DNA of 64,000 nucleotides from Callorhinchus milii (taxonomy: Eukaryota). A program made the translations under genes and the position numbers. The DNA lies in contig NW_024704746.1 in NCBI RefSeq assembly GCF_018977255.1, positions 4,278,001-4,342,000 of the forward strand. Reading direction: 5' to 3'. This document shows positions 34,811 through 46,563 of this stretch, one piece after another (within the stretch, counting starts at the first letter, position 1; each line of letters begins with the position of its first letter). Below the pieces are notes generated by a model. The model was not told the origin of the DNA. It saw nothing but the letters and a program-made list of their open reading frames with translations, and searched no databases.

Positions 34811-37800
34811 GGTGATTATGATCTAAGAGATTGGTAGTGTTAGAGTGGCATTGAGATCAGGATTAGGTTTGGGGTTGTGGGTTGGGGTTATGAATGACAG
34901 CATATCAGTGCCACACCAGTGACAATGGGTCACAGAGCAATGATTTCAGTTGCTGCTGATTGAGTAGCACATTAGACAGGAGGTTAGAGGAACTCACTGA
35001 TTGAGATTATCACAAGATAGATTGTATATAATTCCTTCACAAAACCAAAATAAATACATGAGAGATATCTGTTGGCCAATCTATGCCTCTGAACCCACCT
35101 TCATCGACCAGTTCTTTCATTTCTTGCCACAATGATGTTTTCTTCCAGCGAGACACACAAAGGCCATCATCTAATGCTCAAAGTACAGGAAACTTGATAA
35201 ATTGTGCATTTCCTGTTACAGACAAACAGAAATGTTTGTGCTAGGTTTGGCCAATAACTTAAAAATTCTACTGAAAAACCAAACCAAATTGCTGTACCAC
35301 AGCCAGCATCTAACCCTCTATCTACACAGCACGATAGCACTATGTGGCAGCTCACCCTGTTCTGCTATTTATTCATAAACTTTCCTGGTTACACAAAGGT
35401 TGATTGTTTTTCATTGTAGAGTCTGGAAGTACAGTGAAAACCACAGAGCAGAGGAACTTGCATATTTGTGGTGCCTGTGACATTAAAACGTCTCAGAGAG
35501 CTTTACAGTAATTGCTATGAAGAGTTGTCACTGGTTTTGTACACCAACACAGCAGCTATTTTGCATGAAACAGAATCTCATAGACACCCATGAAGTGAAA
35601 GAACAATCAGTTAAATCGGACGATTCTTGGTCAGAAATCAGAAAAGAACTTTGAAGTCCACCTGAACAGACAGACAGGACCTTAGTTTGTTTAATGTCTC
35701 TTGCAAAGGATAAATCTTCTGACAATGCAGTGCTCCCTCACTACTGTGCTGGAGTGTTAGCCTAGACTGCTAACAAAAGCTACACACTAAGCAGGATAGT
35801 ACTGAGCAGTAGTGAAGGCAACATCAACAGAACAGGCTCCTTGGTGTGGACACTGACACCAGATGAGGAATGGAGGATGCTGTGACAGAAATGCATAGGG
35901 AATTGGAGATGCTATTTATTTTCTCATATCCAATATGTTTAGATCTCTTGGGTTTAGAGAAAGTAAATGTTGGGATAGTCAGCCACAACATGAAATATCT
36001 ATCTATAGTTTCTACAAACATCTGTGTACTAGTGTGATTGCCAATGTGCTGCTCAGGTTCTGAATGATTCTGTCCCGCCTCCTAAACACCCCGGCATTGA
36101 CAGATCCTGACTCACAATCTAGGTCTGTTGTCTCCGAATCTGTCTCATTCATCTTTTCTAAGACCAGCAGTATATAAAGAGCACAAATTGAGATATGTCT
36201 GTTTGGCCTATCAGATCTATTCCTTCCACAGCCACATAAACCCATAACTTTCACCTGCTCCATCCATCTCCTGGGGACAGTTCAATGTTGATAGCCCCTA
36301 ATCCCCAAACATAGCTGAACTACTAAACGGCTAAAAGTAAGAATAATTTGTCCAAATTTTCAACCTTTCCACAGTCCAGGCTGTCATTCTAGGGCAGTGT
36401 TGGGGAAGCACTGCATTGTCAGAGTGCCGTCACCTCGGATGAGGCTGTAAACTGAGGTCCCTCCTGTGCTTGTTATGATAGATGGTAAAGATTCTATGAC
36501 AAGGTTTGAAAAGAGAAAGGAGTTTCTCCCAATGACCTGATTAGCAATTCTCCGATGAATTGTTCTTTCACTTCATGGATGTTTGTGGTATCTCGTGTGT
36601 AAATTAGTTGCCGCATTTGCTTACAAAATACACGATCACTACACTTGACCACAATGTTGCATCAAAGACAAAGATTCTTCTTTGTAAATGTAATGGATTT
36701 TCAACACTAAGAGGGAGCTGTTGTGTGAATGTTATTTTTAGTTTAGTTAGCAAGAAAAACTGAAACTGAGAATATCAGGGTAGAAGTGAAACTGAGGTGG
36801 GGTAATCAAGAGAAAACACATATATCCAAGTTGTATGGGCACAGAAGGGACCAACACAGACTTATCTGTGTGCCTCACATGTCCTGTCAAACATACAGCA
36901 AGGGAAAGATGGGATTGGTCTCTGGTCAGAACTCGATCTACTTCATGAAAAATGTACAGACTGAAAACACCAATATTTTATTTTCTTCTTTCGTATTGAG
37001 ATTTTCCCGGGCGTGCAGTCAAGCTCTGCACTCAGTGAGTGTATTGTAAGGTATTGTAATTATGATTTAGATATTGTAATTTAGCCCCAATCCCAATCCC
37101 CTCATGTAGCCATACATACACACTCCACCTGGACAATGATTGGGTGCTAACGCAACTTGATATCTCCACTTCTGTGCTCAGAGGTAAGTTACCAACAGAT
37201 CGATAACATACAATGCAAGAATTTCTCAAACAGAGGGGCAGAGGCAGAAATTCGGATCACCGACAGTACAAATAGGTCCTGTCATGGGAGAGTTAAAGAG
37301 GCTGACTCATAACCTTCTCTCATGTGGATGCGATTTCACCCTCTTGTGTGCCGAGGTAGAAGTATAATCCCCGGCACGAGAGTGCACACTGAACATCACA
37401 GCGAGTTACTGCATTCACACTGCAATATCAGGAGTTGAAGAGTTTAAGCCCTTGTTGAAAAACACAAATTAGGCATCGAAATCTGAAGTTCCTTCTAATA
37501 TTGAAACTCCTGCATGCGGGAGGTGATTTGGATATTAATACAGAACCACAACAGGGCACTGGGCAATGATCACACACACTGGGTGTTGAGGGGGATGGAA
37601 AGAAAGAACAACTCATTTATCTCGGACTCACAGCTGCTTGGCCATTTCCCTGCTCCTGTTCCAATTTACCCCAATCTGTCAGATTTATGTTGAACAATAA
37701 AATATTGTTTTTGGAAGTCAAATGAGAGATTATTATGGAAAGTAATGCAGTGCTCTGGCCTCATTGTGTAAACACTGGCTATATTTTGAAACAACTCCTA

Positions 37801-38269
37801 TCAGCACTATCAGTACATTTCTGCTGCCAGCTTTCTCCCTGTAAGTCTCTCAGACTTTCTAAACAATGCCTTGTCCTTCACATAGCAAATGGTTTGCAAA
37901 TGACGGAAGTGGTCAGTGCGTACACACAGACAGCGCTAATGGAGCATTTGAAAAACGTGTTCTTTTAAAGATTGCAAGCGCATTCCTCCAGGATTGTTTG
38001 TTCAGCTGCTGGGTGTACATTGCCCGAATTCTGGCCTTCCCAACGTCACATCCTGTGTTCCCGCAGCAGTGAACAAGGAGTGTCGCTGGCAACCATACCC
38101 TGGGGTATTTAAGAACCAGCAACAAATGCCGCAAATAGAGCTGAGTTCTGCTGTTACATCAACAATGACTCGCAGAAGGTTTGACTTCTTTGCTATCTGT
38201 TACCAAATTAGTCTAGGAACACATGTCTGAGATGACCAGATTAAGAGCTGTTAAACAAGGATTAGGTAT

Positions 38270-38560
38270 TATAATTAAGAAGAGAGACGCGAGAAATTGG
38301 GCCTGTTTTCATCAGAACAAAGAAGATTGAGAGGAGATTTCATCGACCTGAAGCATTAACTCATTTTCCTCTCTCCATAGAGGCTGCCTGAGCTGATGTG
38401 TGTTCCCAGTGACTTTGCTTTTATTTCAGAATGAGAGATCTGATAGAGGTGTTCAAAATGACGAGTGGATTTGATAAAGTAAGTTGATAGAAACTATTTC
38501 CACTGGCCCCGAGCTGGTTACTATGGGGCATTAATTTAAGATGATTACCAAAAAAACACA
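38270..38560 (+). mobile_element. CR1-type LINE fragment
   Basis: KLGLFSSEQRRLRGD and RDLIEVFKMTSGFDKV-type CR1 ORF2 end. Confidence 0.7.
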
Positions 38561-40467
38561 TGAGTTGGGTGAATATGTTGTAAGAAATGGGATCAAGGAA
38601 TTGTTAGATGGGTAGTCTCTGAAATATGTCACCTTGCCTGATGCAACCATGGACCCTTTATGTCCTGGGAGGATGCTGAGAACAGTCAAAATTCATGGAT
38701 ATTCTTGAGTCTGGGTTGGTTCAACAGGGAAAAATGTTCCACACGTCTGCTCGGGATTCAAGGGTCTGTGGGGGAGAGGACAGCTGACCGTGTTTAGGAG
38801 TCAAGCACTTTGAAGCGTGCATCCTAAATCAAAGGCACTGCATAAGTCAAGTTGTGGTTACATCAATTTCACAGCTGAAAAATCTATGCCAGCAGCCAAA
38901 GGAATCCAAATGCACTAAACCCAGATGCAGTCACTTTTACACATATCTTTTGAAGTCAACAGGTACAAGGGATATTTTAAAGGAATCATTGTTCTCACCA
39001 ACATATTCCACTCCAAGTCTTCAGCAAGACTCCAGGCAGGCTTCACTGGTGCTTTCATAGCCGTAGTCTCCAGGCCACAGCTTGGTGGTCAGCCTCAGGC
39101 TCTCCCGCTCCACCCCACTCTCTGTCAGCGAACTCCGTAGCTGTGGCTCACAGCCATACTTCTTTGCTGTGTCAGTGTGACGAATGCTACACTCATTTAG
39201 TGCATACACAACTGTGGAATGACAGTACCCCCCATTGTGAGACATACAGAGGACAGAAATGAACAGAACATCAGTGGATAAATCTCACTGAAAAACATTT
39301 GAAGTTCCTAGATTTTCCCCACAGTGGTTTACTGAACACATTCGAGGACCACAATCCCACCTAGTCTTTGGCCGTGAGATGATTTTAACTTAAAATTAAG
39401 ATCAAGTAGCATTTTGGAAAATTCTTAAATTTAGTCTTAATTTGGAAGATGGCTGTTTTTGATGACTGCGATAATCTGTTTTCCAAATTAAGATATGATT
39501 TAAGACTTTCCAAAATCCTTACATATTAAGACAAAATAGTCTTACAGGCTGATTAGGTAATGTCAGGGCTCAGGCAGTGTGGTTTAAGTCTGTGCTTCTC
39601 ACAGAATGTCTTGTGTACAGGAGATGATTTATCTGCCATAATTCTTTACACTCACTTCATCTGACTATGTTCTGACCAATTCCCTTCAGACACCAAGCCC
39701 TGCATGAGTTCTAACTTTCTGTAGCTGACAAGACTAAGGCTCTCTTCATTGGCTCCCATCAATATCTTCTCACCTCAGACATTGACTGCATTGACCTGCA
39801 TGATCCTATTTCACAAAACCCTGGATTGCAATGGAATAATGTTGCTAAAAAGCACCAATGCCTGCTATCCTGCAATGAACTAGTTGTAAAGTTAGTAGCA
39901 ATGCAACAGGTGTAACCAGCTCATAACAATACATGCTATCATACAGTGTAACAGGCGTAAGCCTTATTGCACAATGGGGATTGCAAAACTCTGCAGACAA
40001 CACAGAGATGTGTTTGTTGGAGCCAGACAATGAATGCGCCTCCACTGCGCTTTCTAAGCAGGGCTGTGGGACACACACATGAGAAAGCTCTCGCGAATCT
40101 GCTGCCAGCTCACGATTCATTTCTTTTCAGCTGATTCTTTCCCACCGTCGCCGAGAACATTTCCCAGTACCAAACAAATGGTTTTCAGATGCTGTGCTCC
40201 TCACAGCTTCCTTAGAAACCAGATTTTATAAGAACTTGTGGCTTTTCTCAATAGAAATCTCCAGCTGTGCAAAGCCTGTGTTTCTAGCATATATTAGCCC
40301 CATTGATAGGGTTCAACAAACCCTTTCTCTTTGGAATAATGTCCAATGACTGGATCCTCACGGTTATGGGAAACACATTATTGTGGTGTGAAATATTTTT
40401 TGCAACATTCCTGCAGATTTTATTTTTCTACCAACACCAAATGTAGCTGAATATGAGTGTGGGCAAC

Positions 40468-40790
40468 ATTATTATAATAATAATAATCCTTGCATTTGAT
40501 ATAGCGCTTTTCACGTCTTCTAGACGTCTCAAAGCGCTTCACAGAATGAACTGTAAAGTGAATTGACTCTATATTTGTGGACGAAATGCGACAGCCAATT
40601 GCGCACAGCAGTGTCCCACAAACAGTCGTGGATTGAAGTGACCAATTTATTATTGTTTTATTTTCTTGAGGGATTATTATCAGACGTGTGGAGCAAGGAA
40701 ACTTGCCCAAGGTTTCACCCTGCCGGGAATCAAACCCAGGTCTCTCACTTGCAAAGTGAGTACTTTAACCACTGAGCTACAGGACTCCAC
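40468..40790 (-). mobile_element. tRNA-derived SINE, full length
   Basis: Head ends at GGACTCCAC (40790); (TAA)n tail at 40468. Confidence 0.9.
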
Positions 40791-42440
40791 TTATCGTGCC
40801 AGGTTAGGACTTGTCACTCTGTGTCACTCAAGAGTAAAGAAAAAAAATTTGCATTATTATAGCACCACATATTATGTTGAAACGACAGTGTTTCACCAGT
40901 AATTATTGTAGAGAATTGTGACAGTTTTTGAAGGCAAACACAGCCATGAACTGATTTACCAATTAATCTGGAGGATTGTTGGCCAGGGCACCGACTGGGA
41001 GATCTTTTTGAAGTTTGAGATTGAGCGTTAGTGGCTGCGCTGGGGTCTTTCGGCAACATCCACATCACTGGTCAGCATTTTACATCTCTGGAAGAGGCAC
41101 ACTACAGGCAGACCAAACAAAAAAAAACTTCTCCAACAGTGACAGAAAGCAGAGGTCAGCGTGCCTGTGATCAAATCAGAATGGAAGGGAAAGAATGTGA
41201 AGCTTTTGAAACTGTCCCACAATATTCACTTGCTCAACAAAAGGGCTTTCATGCTGGCCTGTAGCCGAGCTCAACTGCTGTACTCCCATCCTCCCTCCCC
41301 CCGCTAAACGTAGCTCTAAAACCAGCAGGGTCGGACAGCTCCTGGCAAGCTCCATTGAATTATACTCCCAAACACTAGTAGCAAAGCAACAACACTCTGT
41401 GGGAGAAATTGGCGGCTATAGAAACTCTGCCTGGGAGGCAGACGGTTTCTGAAGAAATGGGACTTGCACTGACCTCACAGACGAGTAACCTCCGAAAGGC
41501 AGTCTGAAACAAAATATAAAAGTATCCAGTATAAAAGGCATAATTCAGCCTCCAATTCTAATCATTAATGGACGTGTTTAACCCTCAAATGTGAAGCAGA
41601 ATTGTCACAGCTCGGAAAACACAGGTTTCCGATTGGGGAGTTTCTTCCCCCGGGAGGAAGAATGGGTGGGGGAGTGGGTTGGGTGGAGGGTTTTCTGGGG
41701 GTGGGTGGGGGTGGGGGTAGGGGGTTCTGGGGGGGTAGGGGGGAGAAGTTTCTTGGAGGGGGAAGGTTTTTTTGGAGGGGGAGGGCTTTCTGGGGCTGGG
41801 TCTTGTGGGGGTGTGGAGAATTTTCTTGAGGGGGACAGGAAGATGGGTGCAGTGTCTGGGTGTGTTTGGTTAAGCTGTGCTCCAGGAAACAGCTGTTTAT
41901 GTCCAAGACACAAACTCTACTTCATTGATGCAAATAAGTGAAATACTGAAATGTTTGCTATGTGAACATTTGTCAAAGGAGTCAAACAGTCACCTCCAAA
42001 GACTTGAAGGGATAATGGGGATAGGGCAGGGCAGTGGATTGAATGGACAGCTTGCTCTGAGAGTTTGTGCAGTCTCAATGGACTAATGGCATCTTTCTGC
42101 TCTGTCTGAATTATGGAAATTTTGTCCTACCCAGACATACCAAGATACGAATAGCAATTGTAGCATATACTGCCACCCTGACAGAATTCCCGACGCATGA
42201 GATGGCTTTCAACGGCACAGGTCCCCTTCGATATATTAGGATTTCAGAATACCCTTGTATAGTAGAAACCAGCGGGTGGATTCGCTAAGCTTTCTGACTG
42301 CACATGTACCAACACTAAAATGAGTTGAATGGCCTCCTATTGTGTAGCAGATTTCAATTTGTTAGATTTAAATGGGCTGAGCTCATCTATAGAAATTCTG
42401 TTTGCTACGATTTGCTTTTCCTCCCCTCTTCTCCAGTTTT

Positions 42441-43910
42441 AATAATAATAATCCTTGCATTTGATGTAGCACCTTATCACATCTTTGAGACCGTCTCAAA
42501 GTGTTTCACAGAATATACTGTAAAGTAAATCGCCTATATTTGTGGGCGAAACACGGCAGCCAATTGCATACAGTGTAAATAGTTGGAATTATAGTATAAG
42601 AATCATTAGTATTGACCATGTAGTGAATAGATGAATTAAGTAGAATGAATTAAAGAAATAAAAACTGCCATGTGGCATGCAGCGCATACACACACACACA
42701 CACAGTCCTCATAAAGAAACACTGAGCTAGGCAGGAGTACTTTGAAATGTGACCCATGGTCGGGAAAGATAAGGATAGCTGGATCTGGAGGATGGATGGT
42801 AGGCCATCTGCGCTTACAAGGGCTTGTGACCTACGGGCAGGAGAGATAGGAACTTGGGATAATTGGACCAGGAGAATGGATGGGAGGCCAACTGTGTGGG
42901 CAGGTATACAAAATTAGCAATTAAAACTGAGGAAAAGCTTGATATCAGCAGGTCATACGGACAGAGTCAGAAAGGAGCACAATGAATTCCTGAAACTTCA
43001 AGGACATGGAGTCAGGCGGTCTTTTGCAGAAGGTACCACTAGTTGGTACAAGGAAAAACAACTTGAAGATAGGAAAATAATGTCAGGGAAAAAAACAGGT
43101 TCGAGCCTCTGAGGAGAGGAAGGGGATGAACCTCTATGGAGAGAAAGAAGAGGGCCTTTGAGGGAAGGAGGACAAGTCCAGCTCTCACCGGAGTGGACCG
43201 CAAAGAGGACAAGTTCAGCCCTTGCCGGAGTGGACCACCAAGAGATGTTTGCAGCTAAAAGCAAGCCAGAGACATTTTGCAGCTAGAAGCAAGCCAGAAA
43301 CATTTGCAGCCAGCAGCACACCAGAGACAGTGTTTAACTTTTGTGCCAGCCTTAGAACTTCTTTCACGACTTCCTGCCTGCTTGGTAGTATCTCCCCTAC
43401 TTACTAAAGTACGCACCCAACATACATACAAAAGTTAGATTATTTAGGCACATTTCATATATCACATAATTTTTGTTATATGTTTAGAATTTTAGTATTG
43501 AGTGTATTTTGTTAAGATAGCGCTTCAGTAATGTATCTTGTTAAGATAGTGCTTTAGTAGTCATTTAAGCGTAATGAGAAATGGTAATGAGTCGGGTGTA
43601 ATGTGACGCTTATGCTTGTGTAATTTTATAATTGCTAATAAAACGTTTAAATAATATCCTTGGTGTGGTTTCTGACAAACGCTTAAACCCAATTTCACAA
43701 CAGCAGCATCCCACAAACAGTCGTGGATTGAAAGACCAAATTATTAGTATTTTTATTCATTTTTGAAGGGATTATTACCCCTAGAAAAGCAATCACAACA
43801 ATCAACTAACAGCCGGGTTCCTACTTACTGCTAGGTAAACAGAAACATGTGGAGTGAGGAAACTTGCCTAAGGTTTTGTCCTGCCTGGGAATTGAACCCA
43901 GCTTGTGAGA
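42441..43910 (-). mobile_element. tRNA-derived SINE split by a solo-LTR insertion
   Basis: SINE sequence stops at 42573 (CAATTGCATACAG) and resumes at 43704 (CAGCATCCCACAAACAGTCGTGGATTG). Confidence 0.8.
42574..43699 (+). mobile_element. Solo LTR (1126 bp) with 4-bp target-site duplication
   Basis: TG...CA termini (TGTAAAT...AATTTCACA), ACAG duplicated at 42570-42573 and 43700-43703, AATAAA at 43637-43642. Confidence 0.8.
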
Positions 43911-44002
43911 AGTTATGTAATCACCTGGTCTCATATAACTTTTCTCCATGTATACAAATAGGGGAACCAGGCCAGGCAAGTATGCTAGTGAACAGAAAAG
44001 TG

Positions 44003-44225
44003 TAGTTGTGGCCAACCCATGGCCTGCGGGACGGAAGTAGCCTGCGTGACCATCAGGAAATGACCCACCGAACATCCACACTCGTCGAGGTGAGTGTGCT
44101 TTAAATCAATGTTTTGTTTCCAGTAGCTATTGAGTGGCGATGTTTATGATGTGGCCATAAATTATGAAATATTTGATCAAGAAAATTTATTTTGGTTGAC
44201 CGACCAAAAAGGTTGGCCACAACTG
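44003..44225. mobile_element. Non-autonomous hAT (Charlie-like) DNA transposon / MITE
   Basis: Terminal inverted repeats TAGTTGTGGCCAACC / GGTTGGCCACAACTG, subterminal GGCCTGCGGG, right flank GTGTATAG (Charlie-type target). Confidence 0.7.
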
Positions 44226-45729
44226 GTGTATAGTATGGTGATAATGATCACTGAAATCAATCACCTAATTACCTAGCAGAAAGTTTGCCATATTTGCATG
44301 GCACAAGTATAGGAGCAACAGATATATATCCAGAGTCTGGGCTAGATCTTGAAAAACGCTGGTTTGATTTCACTTTTGATAAAATTCCCAAAAGGAAAAA
44401 TAAATTGGCTAATTTTTGTGCTTTCTGTGGCATAAACAGATTTAATTACCAAGTCTTTGACCAGATGGCCTTGTTTCAAGTATTGCTGAAGACTGCTACA
44501 AGAGTATAACAGAGGCAGAACCATTTCCTTTCTAGTAGTGAAAACTCTAAAATTAAGATAGTTCCAGCACAGATTTACAGAACTACAGCAAATGTTTTAT
44601 GAATCAGTCATTCAAATCAAATGTTCAATCGGTTTGGCCAGGAACATCTCCAATTCATTCATCATATTAAGATCTTTAATTACTCTGCTTTAGAAAATCT
44701 GTACAGGTGCAGGCTGAGATAGCTTCCCGGGAGCCCAAATCAACCCACAACACTGAGAAAAACAGCTATAAATAACCCCAAAAAGGATTCCCGAACCAAT
44801 CATATCATATCTTGTCACTCATTTCAAAGGGAACTGCATAAGCTCCTGAGCAGTAAAGGCATTAAAGCATATGGGGAAACAACTGAAAAGTGGAATTGCT
44901 AAAACAAAGGATGCCTTAGAAAAACAGGTAGTTATTATTATTGAACATTTGCAGCAGTTGTCATCCCAAGCTTCAGTTTCCTCGTCAGCTATTTGATGGA
45001 CTTCTGTCTTTGGCCCAAACAGGGTGCTTTGTGAAAAGACAGCCATCTTGATGTTCTGGATGTCCGAGTTCAATGATGAGTACCAAAAATGTGAAATAAC
45101 TGAATTGGAAAAAAAACTAAAAAGACTTTATTACAGCTATTCAGTATTTATGAATTAATCTTGACAAATTAGGTTAAACATATTATAAAGCACAATAACA
45201 AGTTCCTTATTATTTGTTACGTGGTTACATATTATTTGCTTACTCGATTGTTACTCTTAAGAATCTGCATTCACTTTTCTGCTGTAAAGTGAAGTGACTG
45301 TGTATCTTATCAGCAAACAGCAGCTAATTTGCGCACAGAAATAGAAAACAAGTTAACAGTGAGTCTCCTCCTAACTTGTGTTCTTCTCTGAAGTCCCTCC
45401 AACCTTTCGATTCGCTTTTGGAAGGTAGGGCGACCAAAACTGTACACCATTGCAATCGGCCTCACCGTTGATCTTTTTGTCTTGAAAACATGTATGTAGT
45501 TGAAAATATATTTGGTACAACAATAAACTAAAATAACCCCCCCCCCGGCCCCCCACAAAGTACAACATCTTCCGTTACAATTCCTTTTCCTGACAGCCCG
45601 CTGCGAAGCATTTCCATTAACAATTTGATCGCTCAGTCCCGGACCGTTTGCGGGACTCCGCTCCGCGCGGTTGGGCTGCCGCGTCTCGCGAGCAAAGCAC
45701 ACAGTCACTACGCTTCTTTACAGCGCATC

Positions 45730-46054
45730 GTGGAGTCCTGTAGCTCAGTGGTTAGAGCACTCGCTTTGCAAGCGAGAGACCTGAGTTCAATTCCAGGCGA
45801 AACCTTGGGCAAGTTTCCTTACTCCACACAGAGCCTAATAATAATCCCTCCAAAACAAAACAATAATAAATTGGTCATTTTCAATCTACGACTGTTTGTG
45901 GGACATTGCTGTGCGCTATTGGCTGCCGCGTTCGCCCACAAATATACAGTCACTTCACTTTGCAGTGTGTTCTGTGAAGCGCTTTGGGACGTCCTCCCGA
46001 CGTGAAAAGCGCTACATCAAATGCAAGGATTATTATTATTATTATTATTATTAT
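45730..46054 (+). mobile_element. Young full-length tRNA-derived SINE nested in an older SINE tail (~45630-46125)
   Basis: The older tail is interrupted at 45729 and resumes at ~46055 (GCGAAGCGCCTTTGAGACGTCT...GGCGCTATGTCAAATGC). Confidence 0.88.
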
Positions 46055-46139
46055 CCCCGCGAAGCGCCTTTGAGACGTCTGGACTTTGCGATAAGGCGCT
46101 ATGTCAAATGCGAGGCTTATTGTTTCCTTCTTTCACGGT

Positions 46140-46563
46140 ACATTCCTGGCGAAGGCCGCACACCCGCGGGGGGCGATCCACCTGTCGGAGCTGACATTAA
46201 TTTGCGGCTTCTGACTGAGATCAAACGCCCCCCATTCCCCCCCCCATCCCGAGGCTCAGCCTCTGCCTCAGACGGCGCGCTCCCGCGCGTCTCCCGGGCA
46301 ACGCCGCTGTAAAGTGCCGTAAAGTGCCGTCAAGCGCGCCCCTTAGCAGCTGCCGTATTCTGGCGCGAAAGAGCGGCGCCCGCGCCGACCGCCCGCCCGC
46401 CCCGACCGCCCGCCACGCACCGCCCGACCCACCGCCCGCGCCCAATATTACTCTAAATCCGCATCGGCGTTTGTCAGTAATAACTCAGTAATAAGTCACT
46501 CGTCGATTACCGCTCAGTAATCCTCGCGGCCCCGCGGCGCCGCTCCTCGCGGGCCCCGGCGCC
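46140..46563 (+). promoter_or_regulatory. DPH5 CpG-island promoter with E2F-like site and GC boxes
   Basis: CpG-dense; TGGCGCGAAA at 46361-46370; CCGCCC repeats at 46380-46440; Kozak-like GCCATG at 46564. Confidence 0.7.

Larger units (their letters stand above)
24617..39247 (-). pseudogene. Non-processed aldo-keto reductase pseudogene (ZK1290.5 / zgc:110366-like AKR)
   Basis: Exon remnants: 39247-38999 (GMSHNGGY...IRHTDTAKKYGCE...TTKLWPGDYGYE; TGA at 39023-39021; acceptor AG absent), 35192-35099 (LYFEH*...LWQEMKELVDEG; TAG at 35173-35171 plus a frameshift), 28828-28737 (GVCHSIGVSNF...SHLEKLKE), 24799-24617 (VEYHPFQ...GYCPPAK...AEKYGCSAAQICISWSLQ; donor GT>AT). These follow AKR motif order. 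Confidence 0.85.

Noticed and set aside
36012-36263. 83-aa ORF inside the AKR pseudogene intron
   Set aside because: No recognisable homology and no convincing exon chain.
37990-38110. Cluster of ETS/FOX-like motifs as a possible endothelial S1PR1 enhancer
   Set aside because: Short motifs are expected by chance; this cannot be supported without conservation or chromatin data.
41565-41941. Pro/Gly-rich ORFs as a candidate first exon of the AKR gene
   Set aside because: Low-complexity G-rich tract; the similarity is too weak.
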